Assembly: GCA_033580815.1 (NCBI GenBank)
Contig: JAVQUC010000003.1
Span: 31,292-95,291, forward strand
Reading direction: 5' to 3'
Origin: Candidatus Caldarchaeum sp.
GTDB lineage: Archaea > Thermoproteota > Nitrososphaeria_A > Caldarchaeales > Caldarchaeaceae
DNA length: 64,000 nucleotides
The notes beneath the pieces were generated by a model that saw only the letters and a list, made by a program, of their open reading frames with translations, had not been told where the DNA came from and made no database searches. The translations under genes and the position numbers were made by a program. Positions 20,101 through 29,865 of this stretch are shown one piece after another; position 1 is the first letter of the stretch; every line of letters starts with the position of its first letter.

Positions 20101-20236
20101 TGACCGCACCGCTCAGGTCTTTTATCTGCGAAGTTCTCCTTTCCCACTTGAAGTAGGAGAAAACATCCCTTCCGTCCGTGTAAAACCGCTTAATCCTCAA
20201 ACCCTTCATCGTTTCTTTCTGCTCTACAACTGTCAC
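17114..20236 (-). CDS. nrdJ: Ribonucleotide reductase, class II (adenosylcobalamin-dependent)
   Basis: 1040 aa. Active-site TNPCSEF, LIAPTGTIGLLMD, SKTVNMP, and a C-terminal zinc ribbon CSECG..CVNCG. No intein blocks recognised. Confidence 0.9.
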   Translation of the reverse strand: MTVVEQKETMKGLRIKRFYTDGRDVFSYFKWERRTSQIKDLSGAVIFEMKDVEVPSFWSQVATDILAQKYFRKTGVPQYDESGNPVLDKDGKHVTGPERSLKQVVRRLAGCWRYWGEKFGYFASAEDAQAFQDEIEYMLIMQMAAPNSPQWFNTGLHWAYGITGPPQGHYYYDEELKAVVPSKDAYSRPQAHACFILSIKDDLVNPGGIMDTWVKQARIYKYGSGEGCNYSTLRAKGEPLSGGGVSSGVMSFLKVGDTVAGSIKSGGTTRRAAKMVVLNIDHPEIEDFIDWKMKEEQKVAALVAAGYPADFEGEAYQTVSGQNSNNSVRVTNDFMKAVIEDRDWALTWRTNGQVAKRVKARYLWEKIAKAAWTCADPGLQFDTTINEWNTCPETGRINATNPCSEFNFLDNTACNLASLNLVKFYDEDKGEFNVEAFRHAVRLWTIVLEITVGMAQYPSPEIAEMSYRTRSLGLGYANLGGLLMRMGLPYDSDAGRAVAAAITALMTAEVYATSAEIASFAGPFVEYEKNKQHVLRVLNNHRRAIYGAKPEEYDGLEIKPHLPPLELAPKYLLDAARSAWDKAVSLCEKYGIRNAQASLIAPTGTIGLLMDCDTLGIEPDFSLVKMKKLVGGGYFKLVNRSIEPALRKLGYSERQIREIIEYVVGTNTLHGKQPINYHSLKARGLRDDELQKVEMLLVSASRLSDVFNPHVLGSEAMRRLGIPETVYREPGFSLLKHLGFSDRDIEISEDVICGSMTVEGAPHLRPEHVAVFDCAVPSGRKGKRFVHYRAHLLMMAAVQPFLSGAISKTVNMPNEATVEDVASVYMDAWKLGLKCIAIYRDGSKLSQPLSTVNKKKEEQQAKPVRRRLPIERKAITHKFRVGEQEGYITVGLYEDGSPGEIFIKMAKEGSTLAGLMDSFSIVTSIALQYGVPLKVLVDKFIHTRFEPSGFTDNPQIRFAKSVVDYVFQWLAIKFLPEKELAELGLTSAGDKHQSMVSEIHSTVSAAPAPDAPPCSECGSIMARSGTCYVCVNCGSTTGCS

Positions 20237-20337
20237 GCCGTCTTTCGTTAAAGCGGCTGCATATAATTTTGTCTTTCGATCTACACATTCGTCAGATGAC
20301 TAAATGAATAAAGATACGATTCGAAAAGGTTATTTGC

Positions 20338-21429
20338 TCATCTTGTGATCTCCTGGCCTCTGACGAATTCGTATAGTTCTCTGGCCCTTGGAGAGGTTTC
20401 AAACCAGTTTCGCACGGGTGAAAGAAGATGGTTCAAGTACTCGGCCACGGCGTTTTTGAGGTCAAGTGGATGTAGACGGCCTTCGACATAGTCCTTTTCC
20501 AACGACTGGTAGTCTTGGTAGACAATTTCCCCGCCAAATTTCGAAGGGCGCTCGATTCGCATGGTGCTTTTGAGCGGGAAGATTATGTATCGGCAGTATT
20601 CGAGCACTGGGTTTCCTGATGCTTGTTTGGGAGGGCAGTAGGCGTTGTGGATTTTTCTCCTTATTGTTTCGTGGTCGTCGTGAACGTAGATACTCGATTC
20701 GGGAATGCTTTTGCTCATCTTCGAGCTTATCTGGACATCGAGCTCTTCCTCTTCTTCAAGACCCATGGGCCCGGTGGGACCTGACAGACCCATTAGCATG
20801 TGATGATGAACAGCGACTGGCTTCCAGTATCCGAGCTTCGGCCCAAGCTCCCTAGCCAATATGTTAGCCCTCCGCTGGTCAACGCCGAGTTGACAGATCT
20901 TTGCCTCCAGTTTGAAGATATCCGCCACCTGCATGCCCGGATAAAGCAGCTGCGCAGCCTCCTGAAGCTCACCCTCCTTCCTACCCATGATCGGAAGACA
21001 TCGCAGAACACGCCGAAGCGTCGTGTTTCTAAGTACTTCGATTACAAGCCGCCAATAGTCGGGGTCAGCCGCCAAATCACTCGCCCACACGATTTCAACC
21101 CTGTTGACATCGATGCCCGAAGCTTTCCAAACCTCGATGAAGTATTCTCCTACTTTCTTGATTTTTTCGAGGTCTCCGCCCATTTTTCTGTTGATGGCGG
21201 CGTGCCAGTCTGCGAGCAACAGCTTGAACCTGCATCCAGCCTCTAGCATGTCACGGAGTTTAATCGCTCTTAGAAGCGCAAAAGGAATGTGAGCGAGGCC
21301 GCTCGGCTCAAAACCATCGTAGGCGACCGGGCTACTCTCTGTTTCAAGAAGAATCCGCAGTTCCTCCGGAGTCAGAACCTCTTCTGTCGGCTGACGCATG
21401 ATGAGCTCCATCCTCTTTTCCAAGTCCAT
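20338..21429 (-). CDS. tyrS: Tyrosyl-tRNA synthetase, archaeal type
   Basis: 363 aa. It aligns by eye along its length with archaeal TyrRS: GFEPSGLAHIP (HIGH region), LLADWHA, YPGMQVADI, KMSKS, GNPVLEY, HPLDLKNAVAE. Confidence 0.9.
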   Translation of the reverse strand: MDLEKRMELIMRQPTEEVLTPEELRILLETESSPVAYDGFEPSGLAHIPFALLRAIKLRDMLEAGCRFKLLLADWHAAINRKMGGDLEKIKKVGEYFIEVWKASGIDVNRVEIVWASDLAADPDYWRLVIEVLRNTTLRRVLRCLPIMGRKEGELQEAAQLLYPGMQVADIFKLEAKICQLGVDQRRANILARELGPKLGYWKPVAVHHHMLMGLSGPTGPMGLEEEEELDVQISSKMSKSIPESSIYVHDDHETIRRKIHNAYCPPKQASGNPVLEYCRYIIFPLKSTMRIERPSKFGGEIVYQDYQSLEKDYVEGRLHPLDLKNAVAEYLNHLLSPVRNWFETSPRARELYEFVRGQEITR

Positions 21430-21508
21430 TCGCCATTCGCCGTTCGAGCAAACGTTCAGCCAAGTTATATGAATATGCTCTTAAAGGAGCCGATGGGATA
21501 CAAACGGC

Positions 21509-23557
21509 GTGCGAAAGCCTAACCGGCTGATTAACGAGCGCAGCCCATACCTGTTGCAGCACGCCTACAACCCCGTCGACTGGTATCCATGGGGTGAAGA
21601 AGCGATAAACAAGGCCAAAGCCGAGAACAAGCCCATATTCCTCAGCATAGGCTACTCGTCATGTCACTGGTGCCACGTCATGGAGAGAGAATCATTCGAG
21701 GACGAAAAAATCGCCGAGCTCCTCAACACATACTATGTGCCGGTAAAGGTCGACAGAGAAGAGAGGCCGGATATCGATGAATTATACATGAAATCGGTAT
21801 TGATGATAACAGGGCACGGTGGCTGGCCACTCACAGTCTTCCTTACTCCCGATCTCAAACCGTTTTTCGGCGGCACGTATTTCCCTCCAAGGCGTAGGGG
21901 TGGGCTACGGGGTCTAGATGAAATATTGAGGGACATAGCAGAGCTTTGGAGGAAGAACCCCGAAGAGCTGAGGAAGGCGGCTGAGCAAAACGTCGACATG
22001 CTCAGAGCAATCTACACCACGGAAACATCACCGCAGATACCTTCCCATAATTTGGTCACTCAAACCTTCGACGTTTTGGCGTCTTCATTCGATGGTCTTT
22101 ACGGCGGCTTCGGCTTAGCTCCAAAGTTCCCCATGCCGGTTTACATCGAGTTTCTGCAAACCTACGCCGTCATCGACAAAAACACTGCAGCGTTGAAGAT
22201 GGCGTCTGCTACTCTCGAAAACATGGCTCGTGGTGGAATATTCGACCAGCTTGCCGGAGGGTTTTTCCGTTATTCAACAGACCGCATATGGCTGATACCG
22301 CATTTCGAGAAAATGCTTTACGACAACGCTCTTCTCGCGAAAGTTCTGCTCCAAAACTACCAGCTCACCGGGTCGAATTTCCTCCGTGGAGTCGCGGTCG
22401 AAACGCTTAACTGGATGCTATCCGAGTTGGCGGCGCGAGACGGAGGATTCTACTCCGCGGTCGATGCCGACAGCCCCGAAGGCGAAGGAGCTTTTTATGT
22501 ATGGCGTCTTAGAGATGTATACGATGTTCTAGACGAAGAGTTGGCTGGAGTCGCGTGTAAAGTATTCGGCGTGACAGACGCTGGAAACTTCGAACACGGA
22601 AAAAATGTTTTGACATTCAAACGAGATATTGAATCCTTAGCGGAGGAAATGGGCGTAGATGCTTCTACGGTCCTGATGAAAATTCGAGAGATAAAGTCTC
22701 GCATGCTCGAAGCCCGCTACAAAAGACCCAGGCCCGCGGTCGACGATAAGATCATCGCTTCATGGAATGGGTTGGCCCTATCAGCCTTTTGCCTCGGATA
22801 TCAAATCACCGGTGAAAACCGATACCTCGATGCCGCGGTAAAAACAGCCGACTTCATCCTGAGTAATATGTGGACGGGAAGCAGGCTTTATAGAATCTAT
22901 AAGAATGGCGTCGGAGTCGAAGGTTTTCTCGACGATTACGCATTTTTCTCTAACGGCCTTCTCGACCTGTTTCAGACAAACTTTGACCCAAAATATCTTC
23001 GGGCGGCGGTCGAGATAGCGCACAAAATGCTTGAGCTTTTCTGGGACGGTGAACACGGAGGTTTCTTCTATTCAACAGAGTCGACGGCGGGGCTATCACG
23101 CATAAAAGAAGCTTACGACGGCGTGATTCCGTCCGGAAACTCCTTAGCGGCTTTGACGTTTCTCAAATTATCGGACATAACTGGAAAAACTGAATACCTC
23201 GAGATTGTGGAAAAAGTTTTGAAGTGTTTCGCGTCGCGTATGGAATCGTTGCCGTCTGAGCACGCGACCATGGTGACGGCCCTTGCAGGCTACTATGGCA
23301 CAAGAACCCAGGTTGTGATTTCATGCAACAAAATGACCGATGCGAGAGACTTCTTGAGCTTGTTATGGAAAAGTTATGCACCCTTCAGAACGGTTGTCGT
23401 CGTTGATGACCAAAACAGGAATCAGCTCGAAGACCTGTCTCCGTTGGTAAGGGACAAACCAGTTCGCGATAACCGACCCACCGCATACGTATGCCACAAC
23501 TTTACGTGCAAAATGCCCGTCTCAACGGTCGACGAATTCGCCAAAATGCTTCGGTGA
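21509..23557 (+). CDS. Thioredoxin-domain protein of the DUF255/YyaL family (N-terminal Trx-like domain plus alpha/alpha-toroid domain)
   Basis: 682 aa. [42 protein letters not shown] is characteristic of this family. Confidence 0.8.
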   Translation: MRKPNRLINERSPYLLQHAYNPVDWYPWGEEAINKAKAENKPIFLSIGYSSCHWCHVMERESFEDEKIAELLNTYYVPVKVDREERPDIDELYMKSVLMITGHGGWPLTVFLTPDLKPFFGGTYFPPRRRGGLRGLDEILRDIAELWRKNPEELRKAAEQNVDMLRAIYTTETSPQIPSHNLVTQTFDVLASSFDGLYGGFGLAPKFPMPVYIEFLQTYAVIDKNTAALKMASATLENMARGGIFDQLAGGFFRYSTDRIWLIPHFEKMLYDNALLAKVLLQNYQLTGSNFLRGVAVETLNWMLSELAARDGGFYSAVDADSPEGEGAFYVWRLRDVYDVLDEELAGVACKVFGVTDAGNFEHGKNVLTFKRDIESLAEEMGVDASTVLMKIREIKSRMLEARYKRPRPAVDDKIIASWNGLALSAFCLGYQITGENRYLDAAVKTADFILSNMWTGSRLYRIYKNGVGVEGFLDDYAFFSNGLLDLFQTNFDPKYLRAAVEIAHKMLELFWDGEHGGFFYSTESTAGLSRIKEAYDGVIPSGNSLAALTFLKLSDITGKTEYLEIVEKVLKCFASRMESLPSEHATMVTALAGYYGTRTQVVISCNKMTDARDFLSLLWKSYAPFRTVVVVDDQNRNQLEDLSPLVRDKPVRDNRPTAYVCHNFTCKMPVSTVDEFAKMLR

Positions 23558-24732
23558 AAGAATTTTTGAAGAAAAATTTAGCCGTCCTCGTCCTTACTTG
23601 GATTTCCTGGTTTTGGAGTCACGGAAGCCGCGTAGGCGTATCAGCTGTCACACCTTTTCTCAGACAGAAATATGCGATGTCTACGGCTGAGGCCGCAGTT
23701 GTTCCCGGCGCTCTTAACCTTGGGTTCTACCTGTTCGCGTTCGTTGCAGGCAGGGTTCCGGGCCGAATCGGGTTCAAGAACACTGTTTCGATCGCGGCTC
23801 TCGGAGCATCGGCCATGTTCTTGACTGCCGGACTAGTCGACAGCAAGATTCTTCTTTATGTGTTAGTTTTCATGGCGGGGGTGTTCCTCTCTCTTCACCT
23901 TCCGGCCGCGATCCCTTGGTTGGGTTCTCTCTTCAAGGGCGGTAGGCAGGGATTTTACATAGGAATTCATGAATCTGGAGCTCCGGCGGGACAAACCTTC
24001 GGCCCGATTATACTGGCTCTGTTGTTTGGCTCGGTCGGTGTTGCATGGTCCTTCTCTCTGTGGGCATCGATATCGCTTTTAGCGGGGGTCGGAGTTCTTG
24101 CGGTCTTCCTCAGCGAGAAATCAACTCAGAAGGAGTCGAAGGAGAATCGGGTATCAACTTGGGTTGGGCCGGGTTTTTACGGTCTGACATTAATCACGGT
24201 CGCAAACCTAGTGGGCAACCTTGGAGTAGTCGCAATAGTTCCACTTCATCTAGTCGATACTTTCCAACTGGATAAAGCCCTTGTTGCGACGTTAGTGGGA
24301 ATAAGCAGGTTTGTCGGCGTGTTCGGTCAACCCATCGGAGGATACTTGCATGACAGATATGGCTTCTTCCGAGTCGCCACCGTTCTGACCTCTCTGAACT
24401 TCGTCACCAGCCTATACATCACAGTCGCCCCCTACAATTTGCTGTACGTCGTAGCCATGACCGTTCAAGCATTCGTAACAGCCATGTACTTTCCGCTCAT
24501 CTACAGCTACTTTGTCAAACTCCAAGGCCCAAACGCAGCACAGCACCTGGGCAAAATGATTTTCATCGCCGGCCTCACGGGACCAACTACGGCTCCTATC
24601 GTAGCCGGATTCCTCGCCGAGAGGTTCAGTTATACGGTCGCGTTGATTTACCCGACGGCTTTGGCATTAGCTGGAACCTTGCAGGTCATTTCGATGACCA
24701 AAAAATACGCGAAAAGTTCTCCTTATATATGA
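23554..24732 (+). CDS. MFS transporter
   Basis: The ORF track starts at 23491 inside the upstream gene. The in-frame GTG at 23554 overlaps that gene's stop (GTGA) and is preferred. About 12 TM helices. Confidence 0.75.
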   Translation: MKEFLKKNLAVLVLTWISWFWSHGSRVGVSAVTPFLRQKYAMSTAEAAVVPGALNLGFYLFAFVAGRVPGRIGFKNTVSIAALGASAMFLTAGLVDSKILLYVLVFMAGVFLSLHLPAAIPWLGSLFKGGRQGFYIGIHESGAPAGQTFGPIILALLFGSVGVAWSFSLWASISLLAGVGVLAVFLSEKSTQKESKENRVSTWVGPGFYGLTLITVANLVGNLGVVAIVPLHLVDTFQLDKALVATLVGISRFVGVFGQPIGGYLHDRYGFFRVATVLTSLNFVTSLYITVAPYNLLYVVAMTVQAFVTAMYFPLIYSYFVKLQGPNAAQHLGKMIFIAGLTGPTTAPIVAGFLAERFSYTVALIYPTALALAGTLQVISMTKKYAKSSPYI

Positions 24733-24756
24733 ACCCGTGCTCATGATAGGGGTGAC

Positions 24757-25887
24757 ATGGTTGTTCTCCGACTCCCAGACGTGGGCGAAGGCCTAGCCGA
24801 AGGAGAGGTGATAAAGTTTCTGGTCAAGGAAGGGGATGTAGTGGAGAAGTATCAGCCGCTGGTCGAAGTCATGACCGTCAAAGTTACCGTTGAAATCCCG
24901 TCCCCCGTCAAGGGAGTTGTCAAGAGAATTCTGGCTGCTCCGGGACAAGTTTTGAAGGTGGGAGACCCTTTCATAGAAATTTTAACGGAGGAGGCTCACG
25001 AAGTTGAACAAAAACCTTCTTCGATCTCGGGCGAACGGTCTGTGCCAGAAGTGAAGGAGAAGTCAAGAGTTTTAGCCACTCCAGCCGTAAAAAAGCTTGC
25101 CAAAGACCTCGGCGTCGATTTAACTACGGTCGTCGGCTCTGGGCCGGGCGGGAGGATAACTGAAGATGACGTTAGAAAGGCGGCGGCCGTTTCTGAGGTG
25201 AGGATTCCCATACGAGGGCTGAGGAGAATCATAGCCGAAAGACTCGTTCAAGCAAAGTCGAAAGCTGCTCTCGTGACAGTTTTCGAAAACGTTGACGCAA
25301 GCGAGTTGGTGATGCTAAGGGATGAGTTGCGGAGTATACAGGAGGAGAAAGGAGTTAGGATGACTTATCTTCCGCTAGTGATGAAGGCGGTCGTCGCCGC
25401 AGTAGGGGATGTTCCACCGATTAATGGATGGATTGATGATGAAAGGAATGAAATCGTTTTGTCAAAGGCGGTCAACATCGGAATAGCTGTAGACACTCCA
25501 GATGGACTAATGGTGCCCATCGTAAAAAACGCCGAAAAAAAAGACGTGTGGACCCTTGCGAAAGAGGTCGAGGAATTGGCAGAAAAAGCTCGACAGGGGC
25601 GTTTAACCTTGGAAGATGTTAGGGGAGGGACGATAAGCATATCGAATTATGGATCGCTAGGCTCTCTTTCGGGAACCCCCATCGTGAATTTACCAGAGAT
25701 TGCGATAGTCGGTGTGGGAAGGATCGAGAAGAGACCCGTCGTTAAAGATGATTCAATTGTGGTCGGAAACGTGCTGGAGCTGGCAGTCACTATGGACCAC
25801 AGAGCGGTGGATGGGGGGACGATGGCGAAGTTCGTCAACTCCTTGAAGAAACATCTTGAAAACATTAGGTCCGTCGTGCGAAGTTGA
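24757..25887 (+). CDS. 2-oxoacid dehydrogenase E2 component (dihydrolipoamide acyltransferase)
   Basis: 376 aa. Lipoyl domain LVEVMTVKVTVEIPSP, E3/E1-binding motif ATPAVKKLAKDLGVDL, and catalytic DHRAVDG. No E1 or E3 genes are adjacent. Confidence 0.85.
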   Translation: MVVLRLPDVGEGLAEGEVIKFLVKEGDVVEKYQPLVEVMTVKVTVEIPSPVKGVVKRILAAPGQVLKVGDPFIEILTEEAHEVEQKPSSISGERSVPEVKEKSRVLATPAVKKLAKDLGVDLTTVVGSGPGGRITEDDVRKAAAVSEVRIPIRGLRRIIAERLVQAKSKAALVTVFENVDASELVMLRDELRSIQEEKGVRMTYLPLVMKAVVAAVGDVPPINGWIDDERNEIVLSKAVNIGIAVDTPDGLMVPIVKNAEKKDVWTLAKEVEELAEKARQGRLTLEDVRGGTISISNYGSLGSLSGTPIVNLPEIAIVGVGRIEKRPVVKDDSIVVGNVLELAVTMDHRAVDGGTMAKFVNSLKKHLENIRSVVRS

Positions 25888-26507
25888 CGATGCTTTTCGA
25901 TTTCGGGTTTGAGCCAGACCTATGGTACGAAGTCATATTGACCACTTACTGTGAAGACCGGCGCCCTCACGCCGCGCCCATGGGATGCTCGACATCGGAC
26001 GGCCAACTCCTCCGCCTCAAACCCTTCACAAACACGACCACTTTTAAAAACCTGAAAGACAGGAGATATGCCGTCGCCAACATATCCCACGACCCAGCGC
26101 TGTTCTACAATGCCCTATTCAAGAATGACTTGGATTTCGTGAACGCGCAGCAGGTCGACGCACCTGCATTACGCGGATGCGACGGATGGGTTGAACTCGA
26201 AATCACACGACTCACGCAAATTGACGAGATGAGGGCAGAGGCCTCTGGAAAGGTCGTGAACATCGTGACATTCTCCACAAGTTTGAAGCCCTATTCGAGA
26301 GCAGAACACGCTCTGGTCGAGGCCCTGATACACTTTACAAGAGTCGTGGTGTTCGCCAACACGACACGCCATGATGAAGCAGTCCGACTCGCAGAAAAAA
26401 TTCGTGAGTATATCGAGTTGACCAAGCGTGTGTCGCGCAAGCCAGCTCATATGACTATTTGTGAAAAACTCCTCTGTTCGCTCGAGGAGGTGATGGGTGG
26501 AAAATGA
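25884..26507 (+). CDS. DUF447-family protein (FMN-binding split-barrel-like), associated with methanopterin-type cofactor gene clusters
   Basis: 207 aa. The assignment is from memory of the family N-terminus (YEVILTT..RPHAAPMG). TTG 25884 overlaps the E2 stop, and there is an alternative ATG at 25890. Confidence 0.55.
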   Translation: MTMLFDFGFEPDLWYEVILTTYCEDRRPHAAPMGCSTSDGQLLRLKPFTNTTTFKNLKDRRYAVANISHDPALFYNALFKNDLDFVNAQQVDAPALRGCDGWVELEITRLTQIDEMRAEASGKVVNIVTFSTSLKPYSRAEHALVEALIHFTRVVVFANTTRHDEAVRLAEKIREYIELTKRVSRKPAHMTICEKLLCSLEEVMGGK

Positions 26508-27439
26508 AGGTCATCGTTGAGGCTTTTTCTCGTCTACATCTTGGTCTTTTCGAGCTTGGGAAACATTTCGGCAGACAATATGGGGGAATAGGTGTTTACG
26601 TTGACAGGCCACGGTTGAGGGTGTTTGCCGACAACTCCGCCGATAATATCATCTCAGGAGACCTGAGGCAACTGGCCCTCGAAACGGTCCGAGAAGTCGA
26701 AGCACATTTTGGGAAGAGGTTTTCGGGAGAACTGGCCGTATCATCCAACATTCCAGTTCACAAGGGATTTGGCGCAACGACTCAACTGAAACTCGCCGTA
26801 GCTACCGCAGTCACGAAAACTTGGCAGTTGGATGTAGCGCCTTCGTATTTAGGAAAAATTCTCGGCCGCGGCGGCATATCCAACGTGGGAACACTGCTTT
26901 TTGGTTCAGGAGGTTTAGTAATCGAGTTCCCGAAGAAACAAGGAGCGGACAAGACACCATCCTTCATTCGCCTTGATTTTCCAGATGAATGGCGGTTTCT
27001 CGTAATCTACCCAATAAATGAAGTTGGCCCAGACGACGAAACCGAGAGAATGCTGTTTGAGAGGCTTGGACCCATGGATTCGGACAAGTGTATGGAGGCG
27101 AGTCACCTTGTCTTATCACGTTTGCTACCGTCACTTCTGGAGAAAGATATAGTGGAATTCGGCGAGGCGCTCTCCGCTCTTCAGAGACTGGTCGGCGACC
27201 ACTTTTCGAAGCTACAGGGGGGAATCTATAGGTCTCAACGAGCTGCCGACTTGTTGATAGAGCTGGGTGCTTTTGGGGTGGGCCAAAGCTCATGGGGACC
27301 AGCGGTTTACGGGTTGTTTGGAGACGCAGAAACCGCCGCTCTGGCCGCAGAGCACGCGATGAAACACCTCGGCAACTCTTGGGTAGTGTTCACTACCAAA
27401 GCAGTCAACCACGGAGCCATATCATCAATCACGCCTTAG
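26504..27439 (+). CDS. Beta-ribofuranosylaminobenzene 5'-phosphate (RFAP) synthase-like protein (GHMP fold)
   Basis: 311 aa. The N-terminus SRLHLGLFELGKHFGRQYGGIGVYVDRP closely resembles MptG/MJ1427-type RFAP synthases. The ATGA start overlaps the upstream stop. Confidence 0.75.
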   Translation: MKVIVEAFSRLHLGLFELGKHFGRQYGGIGVYVDRPRLRVFADNSADNIISGDLRQLALETVREVEAHFGKRFSGELAVSSNIPVHKGFGATTQLKLAVATAVTKTWQLDVAPSYLGKILGRGGISNVGTLLFGSGGLVIEFPKKQGADKTPSFIRLDFPDEWRFLVIYPINEVGPDDETERMLFERLGPMDSDKCMEASHLVLSRLLPSLLEKDIVEFGEALSALQRLVGDHFSKLQGGIYRSQRAADLLIELGAFGVGQSSWGPAVYGLFGDAETAALAAEHAMKHLGNSWVVFTTKAVNHGAISSITP

Positions 27440-28531
27440 ACTTTTGACCACTTCCTCAACCACGAATCCCGCCAATTTTATGTTGTCCAGAACAGTTCCA
27501 AAAGATTTTCTAATCTCCATTACCTCGACGAGTTCCGCGTACCTCCCGCCACCCAAGCCGTCGGCCACGAGGGCCGCACCCATGGCAACGTCTTTGGCCC
27601 TCTTCGCAAACACATTCACGGGACGTCTAGCCTTCAAACCAGTCCTCCTATGAACAGCCGACTCCATCTCGGTGCGGAGGGCGTCAACCCTGGATAACCG
27701 TCCCGTCAAAATCACTTCATACGGCCTCGTATCCATCACGGCCACCAGACCTGCTACGGCTTTGATGACGCCCTCGACAAAACAGCGCAACCCATCTCGA
27801 TAACGAGTCCACATCCCGTCGACGAACTCGTCCAAACTCAAAGGAGCACCTGAGGCAGTCCACGCAACACCTCCCTCGAAAAGCCGTTTCTTACTGAACT
27901 CTCCTAGGAGGTAGGCGAGCTCTCCGTCCATCAATCCGAGAGAGAGAAAGCCTGGGCCTGGAAAAATGGTGCCACCTATCCCGTCCACGATCTTTCCGTT
28001 TTCGACGGCAACGGCGGCGTTGTAGCCGAGCCCCATCTCGACACATATCAGGCATGTTTCGTCGAACCTTATGTTTCGGGTGACTGCTTGGTCCCAGACA
28101 CAGTAAGCGGTTACGCATGTTTTGTCGGCGGTTCCCATATCGATTTTGTTAAATTTTCTGTGTATGGGGACGGTTGGAAGCTGTACTATCCCCGGCACCG
28201 TGTAGCCGTTCAAGGATTGTTTCTTCATCAGCTTTAACAGGTTTCGCACCGCAGAAAGAACAGGTGCACCAAAGTCGGTCTTCTTCTCCAAAGTAGTCAA
28301 ACCGATGTCATCATCAGTCAAATCCCTCAACGGCATGCAACGAAGCCCGTATCCCGAAGGCCCGACAACCACGTCAGGCCGTGCATCCAAAATCATTTGC
28401 AGAATTTTTTCCGTCTCCTTGGCCACGACTTTGGAAGGTATAGATTCGTCGAGAACAACCCTGTCAACGTCATTTTCGATGCACACGAAGTCGAAATTCC
28501 CTGTTCCGGGGTCTATTCCCAGAGCCCTCAT
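27425..28531 (-). CDS. ASKHA-fold (sugar kinase/actin-like) protein, DUF1464-like
   Basis: The ORF track extends to 28855 and so overlaps YeeE. The real start is probably ATG 28531, giving MRALGIDPGTGNFDF, a phosphate-1-type ASKHA motif (368 aa). It overlaps the convergent RFAP synthase gene by 15 nt. Confidence 0.55.
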   Translation of the reverse strand: MRALGIDPGTGNFDFVCIENDVDRVVLDESIPSKVVAKETEKILQMILDARPDVVVGPSGYGLRCMPLRDLTDDDIGLTTLEKKTDFGAPVLSAVRNLLKLMKKQSLNGYTVPGIVQLPTVPIHRKFNKIDMGTADKTCVTAYCVWDQAVTRNIRFDETCLICVEMGLGYNAAVAVENGKIVDGIGGTIFPGPGFLSLGLMDGELAYLLGEFSKKRLFEGGVAWTASGAPLSLDEFVDGMWTRYRDGLRCFVEGVIKAVAGLVAVMDTRPYEVILTGRLSRVDALRTEMESAVHRRTGLKARRPVNVFAKRAKDVAMGAALVADGLGGGRYAELVEVMEIRKSFGTVLDNIKLAGFVVEEVVKSLRRD

Positions 28532-28557
28532 CGAAAAAATGGGTAATAAAACGCATT

Positions 28558-29742
28558 TTAGCGTTTTATCTGTGGGATGACTGTTGTTTTGAGGTTCTGG
28601 AAAGCTTGTCTTATTCCCGTGTCGATGCTCGTGCCGTAGAGGATGAGTATGCTGCTGAAAAGCAGCGGCATGAGGTAGGCGGCAGTGGGGTTTATGGAGT
28701 AAAGGCTGAAGGAGGGAAGCAATGGCGGGAACAGAGAGAGCCAGAAGTCGTAGTGCAAAGCCAGCGCCGGCATGCCGAGGAAAACTGTTGAGACGAAGAC
28801 AATCAGCGAGTAGAGGCTGCCGCTTCCGGCCCTCCATTCGGTGCTGAAGATGCATGAACCAGCTAGTGATATGCCGATTCCGAAGATGATGCCGCCGACG
28901 GCTATTTGAAGCTGGCTGATGTTAGGCACCACGCCAGCGAAGCTGAAAGGTATTCCGAGAAGTTGAAGGATGTAGACGCCCGTCGAAAAGGTTAACAACA
29001 ATAGCCCAATCGCCTTGACCATTATTCCGCTGGCGAACTGTCTGCTGACTAGGTCGCGGTAGCACGTTCCGAAGCATATTCCCGAGAAAGTTCCCAGAGC
29101 TCCGAAAGCTAGGCCTGCGACCCAGAACAACCCGACCAAAGGCGGTAGGAAAGGTGTCAAAACAGCGGCCAAACCGAGTAACCCGATTCCAACCGCTCTC
29201 TGCAGCTTTGCCGACGGTAGGTAGGAGAACTTCGACGCCTTTGCTCTGAAAATCAGGAACCTCTCGGTGACGCGTAAACCGATGAAAACCCCTGCAATCA
29301 GCGCAAGCGTGAAAGTCACGGCGTTTATGCCGGCGGCGGTCCAGCCGGAAAGGAAGTGGCCGATGTTGCATCCGAGGGCTAGACGAGCGCCGTAACCCAG
29401 CAGAAACCCTCCGACTACGGCCTGAAGAAGCATCCACCGGTTAGGGATATGCCGTATCAGGAAGCGGCCGGAGAGAAGCGCTGGAATCGCACCGCCGACT
29501 AAAATGGCCACCACGATGGTTTGTGTCTGGTCTTGGAAGACGGGCAACAGCTTGAACTGCTGATAGTAGCTGAGCGACGTCACTGGAAGGCCGAGGAGGT
29601 TGTATAGGTGTCCGCCGATCTTGGATTCCCCGCCTGTTATCCCCCAGAGGCTGCCTTTTCCAGTGACCTGCGAAACGCCGTATGCAAGACCTACCGATAC
29701 TAGGCCAATTAGCACAGCTGAGATGTAGATTTTTTTAGCCAA
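28558..29742 (-). CDS. YeeE/YedE-family sulfur (thiosulfate) transporter
   Basis: 394 aa, polytopic. Conserved Cys-containing motifs LALGCNIGHFLSG and LAGSCIFSTEW. Confidence 0.8.
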   Translation of the reverse strand: MAKKIYISAVLIGLVSVGLAYGVSQVTGKGSLWGITGGESKIGGHLYNLLGLPVTSLSYYQQFKLLPVFQDQTQTIVVAILVGGAIPALLSGRFLIRHIPNRWMLLQAVVGGFLLGYGARLALGCNIGHFLSGWTAAGINAVTFTLALIAGVFIGLRVTERFLIFRAKASKFSYLPSAKLQRAVGIGLLGLAAVLTPFLPPLVGLFWVAGLAFGALGTFSGICFGTCYRDLVSRQFASGIMVKAIGLLLLTFSTGVYILQLLGIPFSFAGVVPNISQLQIAVGGIIFGIGISLAGSCIFSTEWRAGSGSLYSLIVFVSTVFLGMPALALHYDFWLSLFPPLLPSFSLYSINPTAAYLMPLLFSSILILYGTSIDTGIRQAFQNLKTTVIPQIKR

Positions 29743-29865
29743 CTTGGACCACCTTTTTGTGGTGATATCGCCTAATGCGTCGCATATAAGGTTATTCTAA
29801 GTTTGTTATAATAGCGTAATAATATCGAGCATACACTTATAACCAGGCTTTTTCCTGCAAAAGAC

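Noticed and set aside
17114-20236. Possible intein in the 1040-aa class II RNR
   Set aside because: The sequence reads continuously as RNR through the usual insertion hot spots (TNPCSEF, PTGTIG), and no intein block A/B or terminal HN-C/S/T junction was seen. The extra length is explained by the N-terminal region and the C-terminal zinc ribbon.
24757-24990. Possibility that the E2 lipoyl domain is non-functional because the motif is MTVKV rather than TDKA/TDKV
   Set aside because: The lysine itself and the surrounding beta-strand pattern (LVEVMT.KVTVEIPSP) are retained and resemble archaeal E2 sequences I recall. A single Asp-to-Val change is insufficient evidence of loss of lipoylation.
28532-28855. 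N-terminal 108-aa extension of track ORF 27425..28855, which would overlap the YeeE gene by ~300 nt
   Set aside because: The extension is His/Arg/Pro-rich and low-complexity, and it lies antisense-frame inside a well-supported transporter gene. The ASKHA motif MRALGIDPGTG begins at ATG 28531, 26 nt after the yeeE stop.
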